NCBI GenBank assembly: GCA_964637135.1
Contig: CAZWTX010000019.1
Location: 1 to 47,067 of the forward strand
DNA: 47,067 bases
DNA from: an uncultured Methanospirillum sp.
GTDB taxonomy: Archaea > Halobacteriota > Methanomicrobia > Methanomicrobiales > Methanospirillaceae
Direction of reading: 5' to 3'
Shown: one piece after another, positions 18,491 through 26,582 of the stretch
How positions within the stretch are numbered: the stretch's first letter is position 1
Layout of the letters: the number at the start of each line of letters is the position of its first letter
Program-made: the position numbers and the translations under genes
Notes under the pieces: model-generated
What the model saw: only the letters and a program-made list of their open reading frames with translations
Databases searched by the model: none
Told to the model about the DNA's origin: nothing

Positions 18491-19312
18491 TTATCCGGGT
18501 GGTTTGAGTGCGTCAGTAATGTACCTGACTCCTTTGGGAGTGAGCTGGACCTCTTTTCTGATCATGACCACATCGACCAGCTTGAGTTTCAGCAACGTGT
18601 CATAAATCGTGTCCAGTTCTTTAGGAGAGAGATTAAGCATATTTTCGATAGACTTGGTGTCCATGCCGCTGTAAATGAGCATGGCTACCTGGGCGGTCTG
18701 GGCATCGAGTTGATCGAGATCCGATGCCTTCATGTCCATGTCTTTTGTGGAATCACGCAGGAAATTGTATAATACCTGCAGTGTTGAAAGGGGGCAGAGG
18801 ATAAAGCTGGTTACGACCTCACCCCCCTCCAGGTGATCGATCTTCACCACATCAAGTTTCTTCTTCTGTAGTTCCCGTTTTGTCAGTTCAAGGCTGGCTA
18901 CTTCCCGGAGCGGGACGCAGATAAGTTTCTCCTGGCTGACAAACCAGATACCGGTCTTTAAGACAGCTATTGCCCCTTTCTCCCACTTGGCATTGGTAAC
19001 AAGAACGCCACCTCTGATGGCCGGAGACATGAAATGGGCCATCAACCGGTATGCGTTGCAGGACATGATGATCTTCTTGTTCAATGCCTGCACAACTTTT
19101 TCGACCGAGGCGATCTTGTATGCCTTCTCACTCTTGTCAGGTTGAGTGGAAAGGATCGTGATCATCTGGCCCCGCTGCTGGAGATCGACAATACTCCGGT
19201 ACAGGATATCCTCGTTGTATGGTTCTTTCAGACTGATACGGTCTTTTACGATATCCAGCTTGGAAGTAACCCAGGAGCCCCCTTTCTCTATTTTTACCGG
19301 TACCTCAGCCAT
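18491..19312 (-). CDS. cheF: Archaeal chemotaxis adaptor CheF
   Basis: FMSPAIRGGV...WEKGAI motif typical of CheF/DUF439; C-terminal winged-helix-like segment; lies between the arl and che genes. Confidence 0.82.
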   Translation of the reverse strand: MAEVPVKIEKGGSWVTSKLDIVKDRISLKEPYNEDILYRSIVDLQQRGQMITILSTQPDKSEKAYKIASVEKVVQALNKKIIMSCNAYRLMAHFMSPAIRGGVLVTNAKWEKGAIAVLKTGIWFVSQEKLICVPLREVASLELTKRELQKKKLDVVKIDHLEGGEVVTSFILCPLSTLQVLYNFLRDSTKDMDMKASDLDQLDAQTAQVAMLIYSGMDTKSIENMLNLSPKELDTIYDTLLKLKLVDVVMIRKEVQLTPKGVRYITDALKPPG

Positions 19313-19345
19313 ATAACCCCCTTTTTGTGTACTCTCTATGCAGTA

Positions 19346-20399
19346 TTATTTCTTCCTTGCTTTTTTGGAGATGATATCCATGATCTGCTTTAGTTCTTCA
19401 GCCAGTTCCTCAGCAGTTACGCGGATATCTTTACCGTTAACAACGAGTTTACCGTCTTTAACTCTTCTTCAGATCCTCGATATCGGCCTTGAGTGAGGCA
19501 ATGAGGTCATCGTCACCGAGACCTCCTCCCGGTCTGCCGGAAAGTTCGAACTGTTCCTCCCCTTCAGATTCACCCTCGCCTCCCCCGTAATCGTAGGGTG
19601 AGGACTCCGATGAACTATAGGATGCGAGATCAGAAGAACTGATACTGTCTCCTCCTTCCATGCTGGTAATGATATCATCACCCCCGTCTGAACCGATGTC
19701 AATGGTACTTGAGTAGATATCATCGAGATCGTCGGAGACGTCATCATTATCCAGAATGATCTCGTCCTCCTCGTCCTTGGTCGCGATATCCATCTTTTTT
19801 ACGGCATCTTCACTTGGAAGGTCATCAAGGGCGGCGGTCTCGCCATAGGGAGTCCTGATGTTGTCAAACTCAGGGTTTACCCCGTCGAGTTCTGCATCGA
19901 TGTCAAGACCTTCGTCAAGATCGAGCCCTTCAAGATCGATGTCAATATCATCATCCTTCGGTTCCTGCCGGGGCGGCGCATCTTCATCTTCTTCTGCAGA
20001 CGCGGATGAAGCTGCCGGTTCGGGTTTTTTCTTTTCAGTTTTCTGTGGTTTTTCCTTTTTTTCCTTCGGGGCTGATTTAGGAAGGGATAGTGATGGAAGG
20101 GCCGGCATCTTGAGAGAGAATCCCTTCAGCATACTCCCCTTTTCGGTACTCTTCGCCTTTTCCTTCTTTGGCTTTGGTTTTTTCTCTTTTTTCGGGCGGT
20201 TTTTGAACCTGATGAAAAGGTCATGGATCACTTCAGACAGGATCAGGGTTCCTGTGATGACGAGGAGTGCCAGTGCCAGGAAGATAACCGCCATCATCAG
20301 ATAGAGGACTGGAATATCGAAGATAAGTAAAATGGATCCCCCAAGCACGATGGTTACGAAGATAAGTAGTCGTCTGTTTGAATCTGTTAACTCCACCAT
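19346..20399 (-). CDS. Membrane-anchored Lys-rich/acidic protein of the archaellum cluster, apparently frameshifted near its 3' end (ORF stops at 19458; likely true stop 19346)
   Basis: Two N-terminal TM segments, Lys-rich then Asp/Glu-rich regions; a second frame continues ...KDIRVTAEELAEELKQIMDIISKKARKK* to 19346. Confidence 0.65.
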
Positions 20400-20402
20400 C
20401 TC

Positions 20403-22010
20403 TTATACCTCTTGAAAGTCGGGAATATTGAAGAATATTCCGATCATGATCGGAGCGATTATGTACATCATGCCGGTAATTGCGCAAAGCAGGCTCGTGA
20501 ACAGGTAGGCGAGGGATCGATCCCCCCCGGCGACGATCCTCCCCGCGATCACGTTTGCTACCGTCAGCATGGTGATGATAATGATCACATACACCCGGAT
20601 CTCGTCCTCGTTGAAATTCTGAAAGACAAAGAGGCTGCCACCCATTGCGGACGCGAGGGAAGCCCCCCCACTCCCGCCTGACAACGCTGCACCTGCCTCG
20701 GAGAAGGATGCCATTCTCTCTGCAATGGCACTGGCCATGGTATTCAGGATCTCGAAGAGGAAGAGGAATATGGCGACCATCATGGCATGCATCGGGATGA
20801 GCAGAGTCACGAAACCCATTGCCATACTCTGGCGGTGTTCTCGGAGGAGGATCTGATTCAGCATGGACGATTTGACGATCTGCCCCACAACATCGGGTTT
20901 TCCCCCCATCCGGAGGGCATCATGGTAAATGTTGAGATACTTGTAGATCAGGTAACTTCCGCTGTCGTTGACAAACCGCTGCCAGGAGCGGATCTCGTCA
21001 AGCCCGAGGTTGATCTTAGTATAGATTCCTTCGATCAGGGGGATGAGGGTGGGGAGGGATTTCTTCTCGATACCGGCAATGGCCGGGCCGATCGTCGTCC
21101 CTTTCCCTCCCTGAATGGATCCTATGCCCCCGATGAAGGTGGGAAACTCGGCATCCCGGAGCGTGATATTCCCGTCATCGATAAACGCGATCACCCCGAG
21201 CGGGAAGAGAAGCATCCCGATAAGCATGAGCACAAGCCCGTAATTCATACCCAGCAGGAAGAGGAGGAGGACAATGATAGCGAGGATAGGCACGATCTTC
21301 TTCTCCATCCGGTGAATCATGTTCTGTTCAGGTGAACCCTGGGGCAGACCATGGCTTTTCGGGTCAACCGGGACCGCCTTGAACATCGTCGTGATTCCGA
21401 TCACCGAGATGAGGAGGATGATCATGTATGACATCGCGAGGGTTCCCTGAATATTGTCAGGGGCAAAGATGGCGATCGAGACCATGATGATGATCCCGAT
21501 AAGGGCTCCCGAGAAGAGCATGGCGATATACGCATCGCCCCATTTCTTAAGCATCTCGATCCCCTGTTCATACGAAGAACGGTAGACCTCCCGTATCGTC
21601 TCAAGTTCCTGTGTCAGGAAGGCATCATCCGGAACCCCTGATTCAATCGCGTTTGCATACCGGTTTATCATCGAGAATAGCATCTCGTTCTCGATCTTCT
21701 TGGCAACATTCGTGAGGGCCTCGACATAACTGTACCCCCACCGTTTGACGAGAAGGTCGGCCCGGCGGATATATCCGGTGGAGACATACTCTCGCCGGGC
21801 GGCGGTGTAGGAAAAGATCTCCGGCCGTGATGCCTCGGCGGTAAGAATAGCCGCCATGTACGTGAGCATGAACAGGAGGTCAGAGCCCATGAACTTGTCT
21901 TCAATGAAGAACTTGTACAGCCGTGCCCTGATATCAGCCGCAGTCTCCTCAAATGGAATTTTCCCGTTATTTGATGCACGTATCCGGTCAAAGAATGCTT
22001 CCAATGCCAT
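20403..22010 (-). CDS. arlJ: Archaellum membrane platform protein ArlJ (FlaJ)
   Basis: Polytopic T2SSF/PilC-like protein (DLLFMLTYMAA, RYANAIESG) directly after arlI. Confidence 0.92.
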   Translation of the reverse strand: MALEAFFDRIRASNNGKIPFEETAADIRARLYKFFIEDKFMGSDLLFMLTYMAAILTAEASRPEIFSYTAARREYVSTGYIRRADLLVKRWGYSYVEALTNVAKKIENEMLFSMINRYANAIESGVPDDAFLTQELETIREVYRSSYEQGIEMLKKWGDAYIAMLFSGALIGIIIMVSIAIFAPDNIQGTLAMSYMIILLISVIGITTMFKAVPVDPKSHGLPQGSPEQNMIHRMEKKIVPILAIIVLLLFLLGMNYGLVLMLIGMLLFPLGVIAFIDDGNITLRDAEFPTFIGGIGSIQGGKGTTIGPAIAGIEKKSLPTLIPLIEGIYTKINLGLDEIRSWQRFVNDSGSYLIYKYLNIYHDALRMGGKPDVVGQIVKSSMLNQILLREHRQSMAMGFVTLLIPMHAMMVAIFLFLFEILNTMASAIAERMASFSEAGAALSGGSGGASLASAMGGSLFVFQNFNEDEIRVYVIIIITMLTVANVIAGRIVAGGDRSLAYLFTSLLCAITGMMYIIAPIMIGIFFNIPDFQEV

Positions 22011-22022
22011 GCTTCACCCGGG

Positions 22023-23618
22023 TCAGATATCGATCGCCAGCAGACCCTGTTTCTTCAATTTGGTGATCATGTTAAAGAGTTCGATGAAATCGGTATATCC
22101 TGCCTTATGAAGCCGTTCGAGGATTTTTGCCCGCTTTTCAACTTCCATGTAGATCATTGCCTTTTTATGTTCAGGAATACCGAGCATGGTGGCGATCTTT
22201 GTCTCGAGCATGTAACTTGCTCCTTTCCCGGTGAATTCATGAGTATCCGTGACCGGGTCCCAGGTAAAGACCTGGACGAATGAGAACCCCCCGCTTTCTG
22301 CATCGTACCCGACCAGTTCGCTCACCGATAACTGGCGACGGACATTGGATCCATCAGGCCGCCGCACTGCACTCTGGATGACCACCAGGTTCAGGTTATC
22401 GACGAACGTCTTCGGGATGAGGATCGGATCTCCGGTAAGACGCTGGATCAGTTTTTCCACCGATGCCGCGTGGAACGTACTCATACACGGGTGACCGGTC
22501 TGCATCGCACCAAAGGCAACTGATCCTTCCGTTCCACGGATTTCTCCGACCATGATCATGTTCGGCCGCTGACGGAGTGCAGCCCTGAGAAGGTCGAACA
22601 TGGTGACATCCCCGCCTTCTCCTTCGCCCTTCCCTTTCCCTTTTGAGACTTCACGTGACCAGTTCTTATGGGGAATGATGAGTTCAGGGGTGTCTTCGAT
22701 GCTGACGATTTTTGATTCGGGTGCAATAAACGCGGTCAGGGCATTCATACTGGTGGTCTTCCCGCTCGCCGTCTCCCCTGACATGAAGAGTGACATCCCG
22801 TTCTCGATGCAGATCCAGAGATACGCAGCAAGCTGGTAGCTGCAGGTCCCGAATTCGACCAGTTTGGTGATCGAGATAACATCATCCATCGCTTTACGGA
22901 TGGTGAAGTTACTCCCCTTCCTGCTGATCTCAGTCGAGTACACGATATTGATACGGGAACCGTCAGGAAGCGTCGCATCACAGATCGGGTTCCGGTAGGT
23001 GATCGGCCGGCGGGCNNNNNNNNNNNNNNNNNNNNNNNNNNNNNNNNNNNNNNNNNNNNNNNNNNNNNNNNNNNNNNNNNNNNNNNNNNNNNNNNNNNNN
23101 NNNNNNNNNNNNNNNGGATTGATTGCCTCACCCGGTTTCTTGATGTATAGAACCTGGCGAAGCAGACGCTTAAGAACGGTAGTCCGCTCTTCAGGAGTTT
23201 CCGGGTCCTCTTCAAGGGCATCAAGAAGATCTACGAGCCGGTACTCGACAGCCGGGATAAGTTTCCCGATATTATGCATGAATGACGGTTCAATCGGGAT
23301 ATAGAAGTTCCTGACATCATTCGGGTCAAAGAAGATATGAATGAAGATCGGGGGTTTCGCCGGGTATATAAGGTTTGGATCCTTGATTCCTTTCAGATCA
23401 CGCTTGAGTTCTGAAAAGAAAAGGGGGATGCCGTATTCATCTACCGGAAAAATGTGAAGATATTCAAGGAGGTGGGGATAGTTCTTGACGTATTCTTTTG
23501 CATTCGCCGGAAGCATCCTGAACAGTGCGCAGGATTCCGGGTTTATCAGGCACTCTTCAGTGTCGTGGCTCTCAGCCTCCTCAAAGGGGATTTTCCCCTG
23601 GATCTGCAGTCGTGCCAT
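22023..23618 (-). CDS. arlI: Archaellum motor ATPase ArlI (FlaI), interrupted by an assembly gap
   Basis: DATLPDGSRINI, Walker A GETASGKT, SIEDTPE, ALRQRP, Walker B VGEIRG, His-box TGH/TFHA. Confidence 0.93.
   Translation of the reverse strand: MARLQIQGKIPFEEAESHDTEECLINPESCALFRMLPANAKEYVKNYPHLLEYLHIFPVDEYGIPLFFSELKRDLKGIKDPNLIYPAKPPIFIHIFFDPNDVRNFYIPIEPSFMHNIGKLIPAVEYRLVDLLDALEEDPETPEERTTVLKRLLRQVLYIKKPGEAINXXXXXXXXXXXXXXXXXXXXXXXXXXXXXXXXXXARRPITYRNPICDATLPDGSRINIVYSTEISRKGSNFTIRKAMDDVISITKLVEFGTCSYQLAAYLWICIENGMSLFMSGETASGKTTSMNALTAFIAPESKIVSIEDTPELIIPHKNWSREVSKGKGKGEGEGGDVTMFDLLRAALRQRPNMIMVGEIRGTEGSVAFGAMQTGHPCMSTFHAASVEKLIQRLTGDPILIPKTFVDNLNLVVIQSAVRRPDGSNVRRQLSVSELVGYDAESGGFSFVQVFTWDPVTDTHEFTGKGASYMLETKIATMLGIPEHKKAMIYMEVEKRAKILERLHKAGYTDFIELFNMITKLKKQGLLAIDI
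23016..23115. other. Scaffold gap (100 N)
   Basis: Run of exactly 100 N, a conventional unknown-size gap. Confidence 0.98.
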
Positions 23619-23621
23619 AAC

Positions 23622-24389
23622 TCATACTTTTGCTAATGAGACCGGAATGATCTTCATGCCGTAACCGGGATGCACCTCGAAACTGACCAGGTTACCGGTT
23701 GTCTTTCTGGCACCACGAACCTTCACCACCTCAAGAACCATCACGTACTTGTCTCCCATGAGCTTGCGCATCATGAGGAGGTGGGCATCACAGATCGATC
23801 TGACCCGTGTCAGAACCTCGTCTGAGAAAGCGTAACTGTGCATCGTGATAAGGATGGTTTTTCCCTGGTCACAGATGTTCTTTGCCTGGGTGAGGAATGA
23901 AAGGACGGCTTCGTTTGTCGTGTATTCTGTGAATATGGTAAGAGAATCGATGATTGCCACGTCAGCATTACTGAACTTGACATGCATGATGATCCGCTCA
24001 AGGATGTCATTCATTGCATCCGGAGTCCATTTGAACTCGACAAGGTGACAGTGAAAAAGCCTGATGTAGCCCCAGGCAAAAAAATCCGAGATATCAAGGG
24101 ACATTGACTCCATCTGGGTCAGAAAACTTTTCGTAGTCAGCTCGGTAGAGAAGAGATCGACCCTGAGCTTCTGATGCATACTTCCCCAGATGAACTGCTG
24201 CGTCAGGACACTCTTGCCGGTATCGTTTTCTCCTTCGATCAGGGTAAGTGATCCCAGCGGCAGACCGTCAGCTATCTTTTTATCTATTTCTGCATTTCCT
24301 GTTGAGAGAATTGGTTTCTCTTCCTGTCCGAGAAGCTCGGAAATATCAGCTGACGATTCACTGCCACCTGAAAGATCAAAATCTACCAT
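23622..24389 (-). CDS. arlH: Archaellum KaiC/RecA-like protein ArlH (FlaH)
   Basis: STGNAEIDKK, Walker A GENDTGKS, IIDSLT, RVRSICDAHL. Confidence 0.92.
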   Translation of the reverse strand: MVDFDLSGGSESSADISELLGQEEKPILSTGNAEIDKKIADGLPLGSLTLIEGENDTGKSVLTQQFIWGSMHQKLRVDLFSTELTTKSFLTQMESMSLDISDFFAWGYIRLFHCHLVEFKWTPDAMNDILERIIMHVKFSNADVAIIDSLTIFTEYTTNEAVLSFLTQAKNICDQGKTILITMHSYAFSDEVLTRVRSICDAHLLMMRKLMGDKYVMVLEVVKVRGARKTTGNLVSFEVHPGYGMKIIPVSLAKV

Positions 24390-24453
24390 ACGATGAAGCC
24401 CCCTTATAATTTTTTTGTTCTCTGCCCTAATAGAAGTGTTGTGATTTTGCTTC

Positions 24454-24918
24454 TTACACCTGGTATGATGAACTGACTCCGGTCGGCACGACGACCTTTA
24501 TCCATGGCGGGGTCTCGGACCAGGATACCGATAGATTGAGGATCTCTCCCTCATCCCACATGCCCCGGTTCACCTGGTCGGAATAGGGAACGATCACCCC
24601 AGATCCTGAATGCCGGGTAATCTGCGATCCTGCCCCGGTCCCGCTCCCGATGAACAGGTCTATCCGCGAGAAATCATTCATCCCGAACGAGGTTGTCCCA
24701 TTGTTTGCTACACCGATCACGAGGGTTCCCGGGGTGGTCACTACATCTGCGTACAGGATGGAAACCTTACTCTGCAGGATCTTCAGATCGTTATTCTTCA
24801 CATCCTTCTGGGTCTCGATACTCGTCTCAGCAATCGAAAGTACTCCTGATGCAACGACATACCCTGCAATCAGGATGAGCAGGATGGCAATTGCCCCTGA
24901 AATTAGAGAGGATGCCAT
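24454..24918 (-). CDS. arlF: Archaellum accessory protein ArlF (FlaF)
   Basis: N-terminal TM helix; NNGTTSF, WDEGEIL and KVVVPTGVS motifs; position before arlH. Confidence 0.72.
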   Translation of the reverse strand: MASSLISGAIAILLILIAGYVVASGVLSIAETSIETQKDVKNNDLKILQSKVSILYADVVTTPGTLVIGVANNGTTSFGMNDFSRIDLFIGSGTGAGSQITRHSGSGVIVPYSDQVNRGMWDEGEILNLSVSWSETPPWIKVVVPTGVSSSYQV

Positions 24919-24919
24919 T

Positions 24920-25429
24920 TTAGAACTGGGTCAGTCCGAACGTGGTTGTTCTCCTGATACTGTTCGGCAGGGCAAAGGAGAAGTAAACGGTATCACTTGA
25001 CGTCACTGCCACTGTGCTCCCCGGGTGAATCTGGATCTCCACGGTCTCGCCGATATCCCAGAACCCGTCACTGGCTCCTGAAAGAACATACCTGAATGTC
25101 TTGTCCTGGCTGAGTGTATTATCGTACGAACAGAGATACACCTCGTTGTTGAGACCGAAGAATACGTCCCCTTTCTGAATGTCAAACACCGATATCCGTT
25201 CAGATCCGACATTTTTCAGCCATACACTTGGTAGCGCCGGGCTCGTGGAATTGACAAAGGAATTCACAATCTGGAAATCGGTCTTCAGTTTCTTTTCAGC
25301 TGAATATGCAACGGTCCCGAAGGTATCACCTGCAGAAAAGATTGCCGGAAGAATTGCAGCAATAAGGACTGCCGCCCCTAAGGCAGCCCCAATTATCATG
25401 ATCGATGACGATATTGCTTCACTTGCCAT
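24920..25429 (-). CDS. arlG: Archaellum accessory protein ArlG (FlaG)
   Basis: MASEAISSSIMII N-terminus with TM helix; KLKTDFQIV, VWLKNVGS and WDIGETVEI motifs. Confidence 0.8.
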   Translation of the reverse strand: MASEAISSSIMIIGAALGAAVLIAAILPAIFSAGDTFGTVAYSAEKKLKTDFQIVNSFVNSTSPALPSVWLKNVGSERISVFDIQKGDVFFGLNNEVYLCSYDNTLSQDKTFRYVLSGASDGFWDIGETVEIQIHPGSTVAVTSSDTVYFSFALPNSIRRTTTFGLTQF

Positions 25430-25437
25430 ACTGGCAC

Positions 25438-26328
25438 TTATTCACGGGATGGAATATATTCAAACTCCGTGTCGTCTTCGGCAAAGTTGTCGGTCTCCTC
25501 CATTTGCCCTGCCGGAGCTCCCTGGCGACGCTTATCGATGAGTACATCGAGCATGTCACGATCCAGGGCCGGGTCCTCAGGCTGGAGAATCCTGTTCAGT
25601 TCGTACAATGCGAGGACAAATTCATCTGCCCGCATCTCGTGAACCTCTCCGATGGACGGAGCCATCAGGCGTGCAATATCCTTCACCTGTTTACAGTGGT
25701 CATCAGAGATATGCCCCATCTCTTTGTACGACTCAAGCATCAGGTCGACACGGTCATGACCGTATCTTCTGACATTGTTCGTCGTCCATTCAAAGAGACT
25801 GTAAACTTTCTGAATCTTCACCTTCTCACGCGGCTTTTTCGGTTTGCTTGTTTCACGCGGTGCCTGGTCGGTAAAAAGCTGGTTACGGAGAGCTTCCAGC
25901 ATTCCTTTTTCAGCGGTAAGTGAGGAGAGTGCCGAGGAGACACCTGACATTGCTCCCCCGCTCTGCAGACCTCCCCCGAGGTCTGGCTGGCCCCCCATTG
26001 ATGAATCCATCATATCTGGTTCTTCTGACATTGAATCCCCCTCTGACATTGCCTCAACTGTCGGTTCTTCGTCGTAATCATCGATGTATCCGTCCATCGG
26101 CGTCGGCGTGGAACCCGGTTGTCCGACGAACTCCACTGGGTTTCCTTTCAGAGCCTGGACTAACGGGTTTTCCGTGTCATTCATCCGTTCCCGGATATCG
26201 ATGAGCAGGCGTTTAATCGAGGTCTTGAGCAGCTCCACCTCATCCCGGAGTTTCAGAAGTTGAATCTCCGGATCTTCGGCAGATGCCGAAGAGATGATGC
26301 TGTCAACCTGCGCCTGGTTGACTGCCAT
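25438..26328 (-). CDS. Divergent ArlC/D/E-like switch protein (coiled coil, low-complexity linker, ArlD/E-like domain)
   Basis: N-terminal coiled coil ending in DTENP; C-terminal LFEW...YG..RVDLMLESYKEMGHIS resembles the ArlD/E W...G...L.YY..IGWIS pattern; first gene of the arl run. Confidence 0.62.
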   Translation of the reverse strand: MAVNQAQVDSIISSASAEDPEIQLLKLRDEVELLKTSIKRLLIDIRERMNDTENPLVQALKGNPVEFVGQPGSTPTPMDGYIDDYDEEPTVEAMSEGDSMSEEPDMMDSSMGGQPDLGGGLQSGGAMSGVSSALSSLTAEKGMLEALRNQLFTDQAPRETSKPKKPREKVKIQKVYSLFEWTTNNVRRYGHDRVDLMLESYKEMGHISDDHCKQVKDIARLMAPSIGEVHEMRADEFVLALYELNRILQPEDPALDRDMLDVLIDKRRQGAPAGQMEETDNFAEDDTEFEYIPSRE

Positions 26329-26354
26329 AGTGAAATAATCATTGTGGTGAGAAC

Positions 26355-26374
26355 TATTTATACATTCTTTTCAT
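26355..26374 (-). promoter_or_regulatory. Putative BRE/TATA promoter of the arl-che operon
   Basis: Minus strand GAAAAGAATGTATAAATA, with the TATA box 27-34 nt upstream of ATG 26328 (implies a very short leader). Confidence 0.55.
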
Positions 26375-26582
26375 CCGGAGTATGGGGGCGTTCCCGGTGA
26401 TCAGAGAAAAATTCATTGAGAATTATAATATTGATCCATTGAAAATATCTCCGTGATGAATAATGCATTAGGATTTATATTCTTTCGATTTGATCCTGAT
26501 AATCTTCTACATCCGTCGTAGACCTCCCTCGCATGATGCCATCCTTCTGCTTTCATGAGGATATACGGAGACATAATGTATC

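Noticed and set aside
22023..23618. Short arlI as a possible pseudogene
   Set aside because: The missing part coincides with the 100-N scaffold gap and all ATPase motifs are intact
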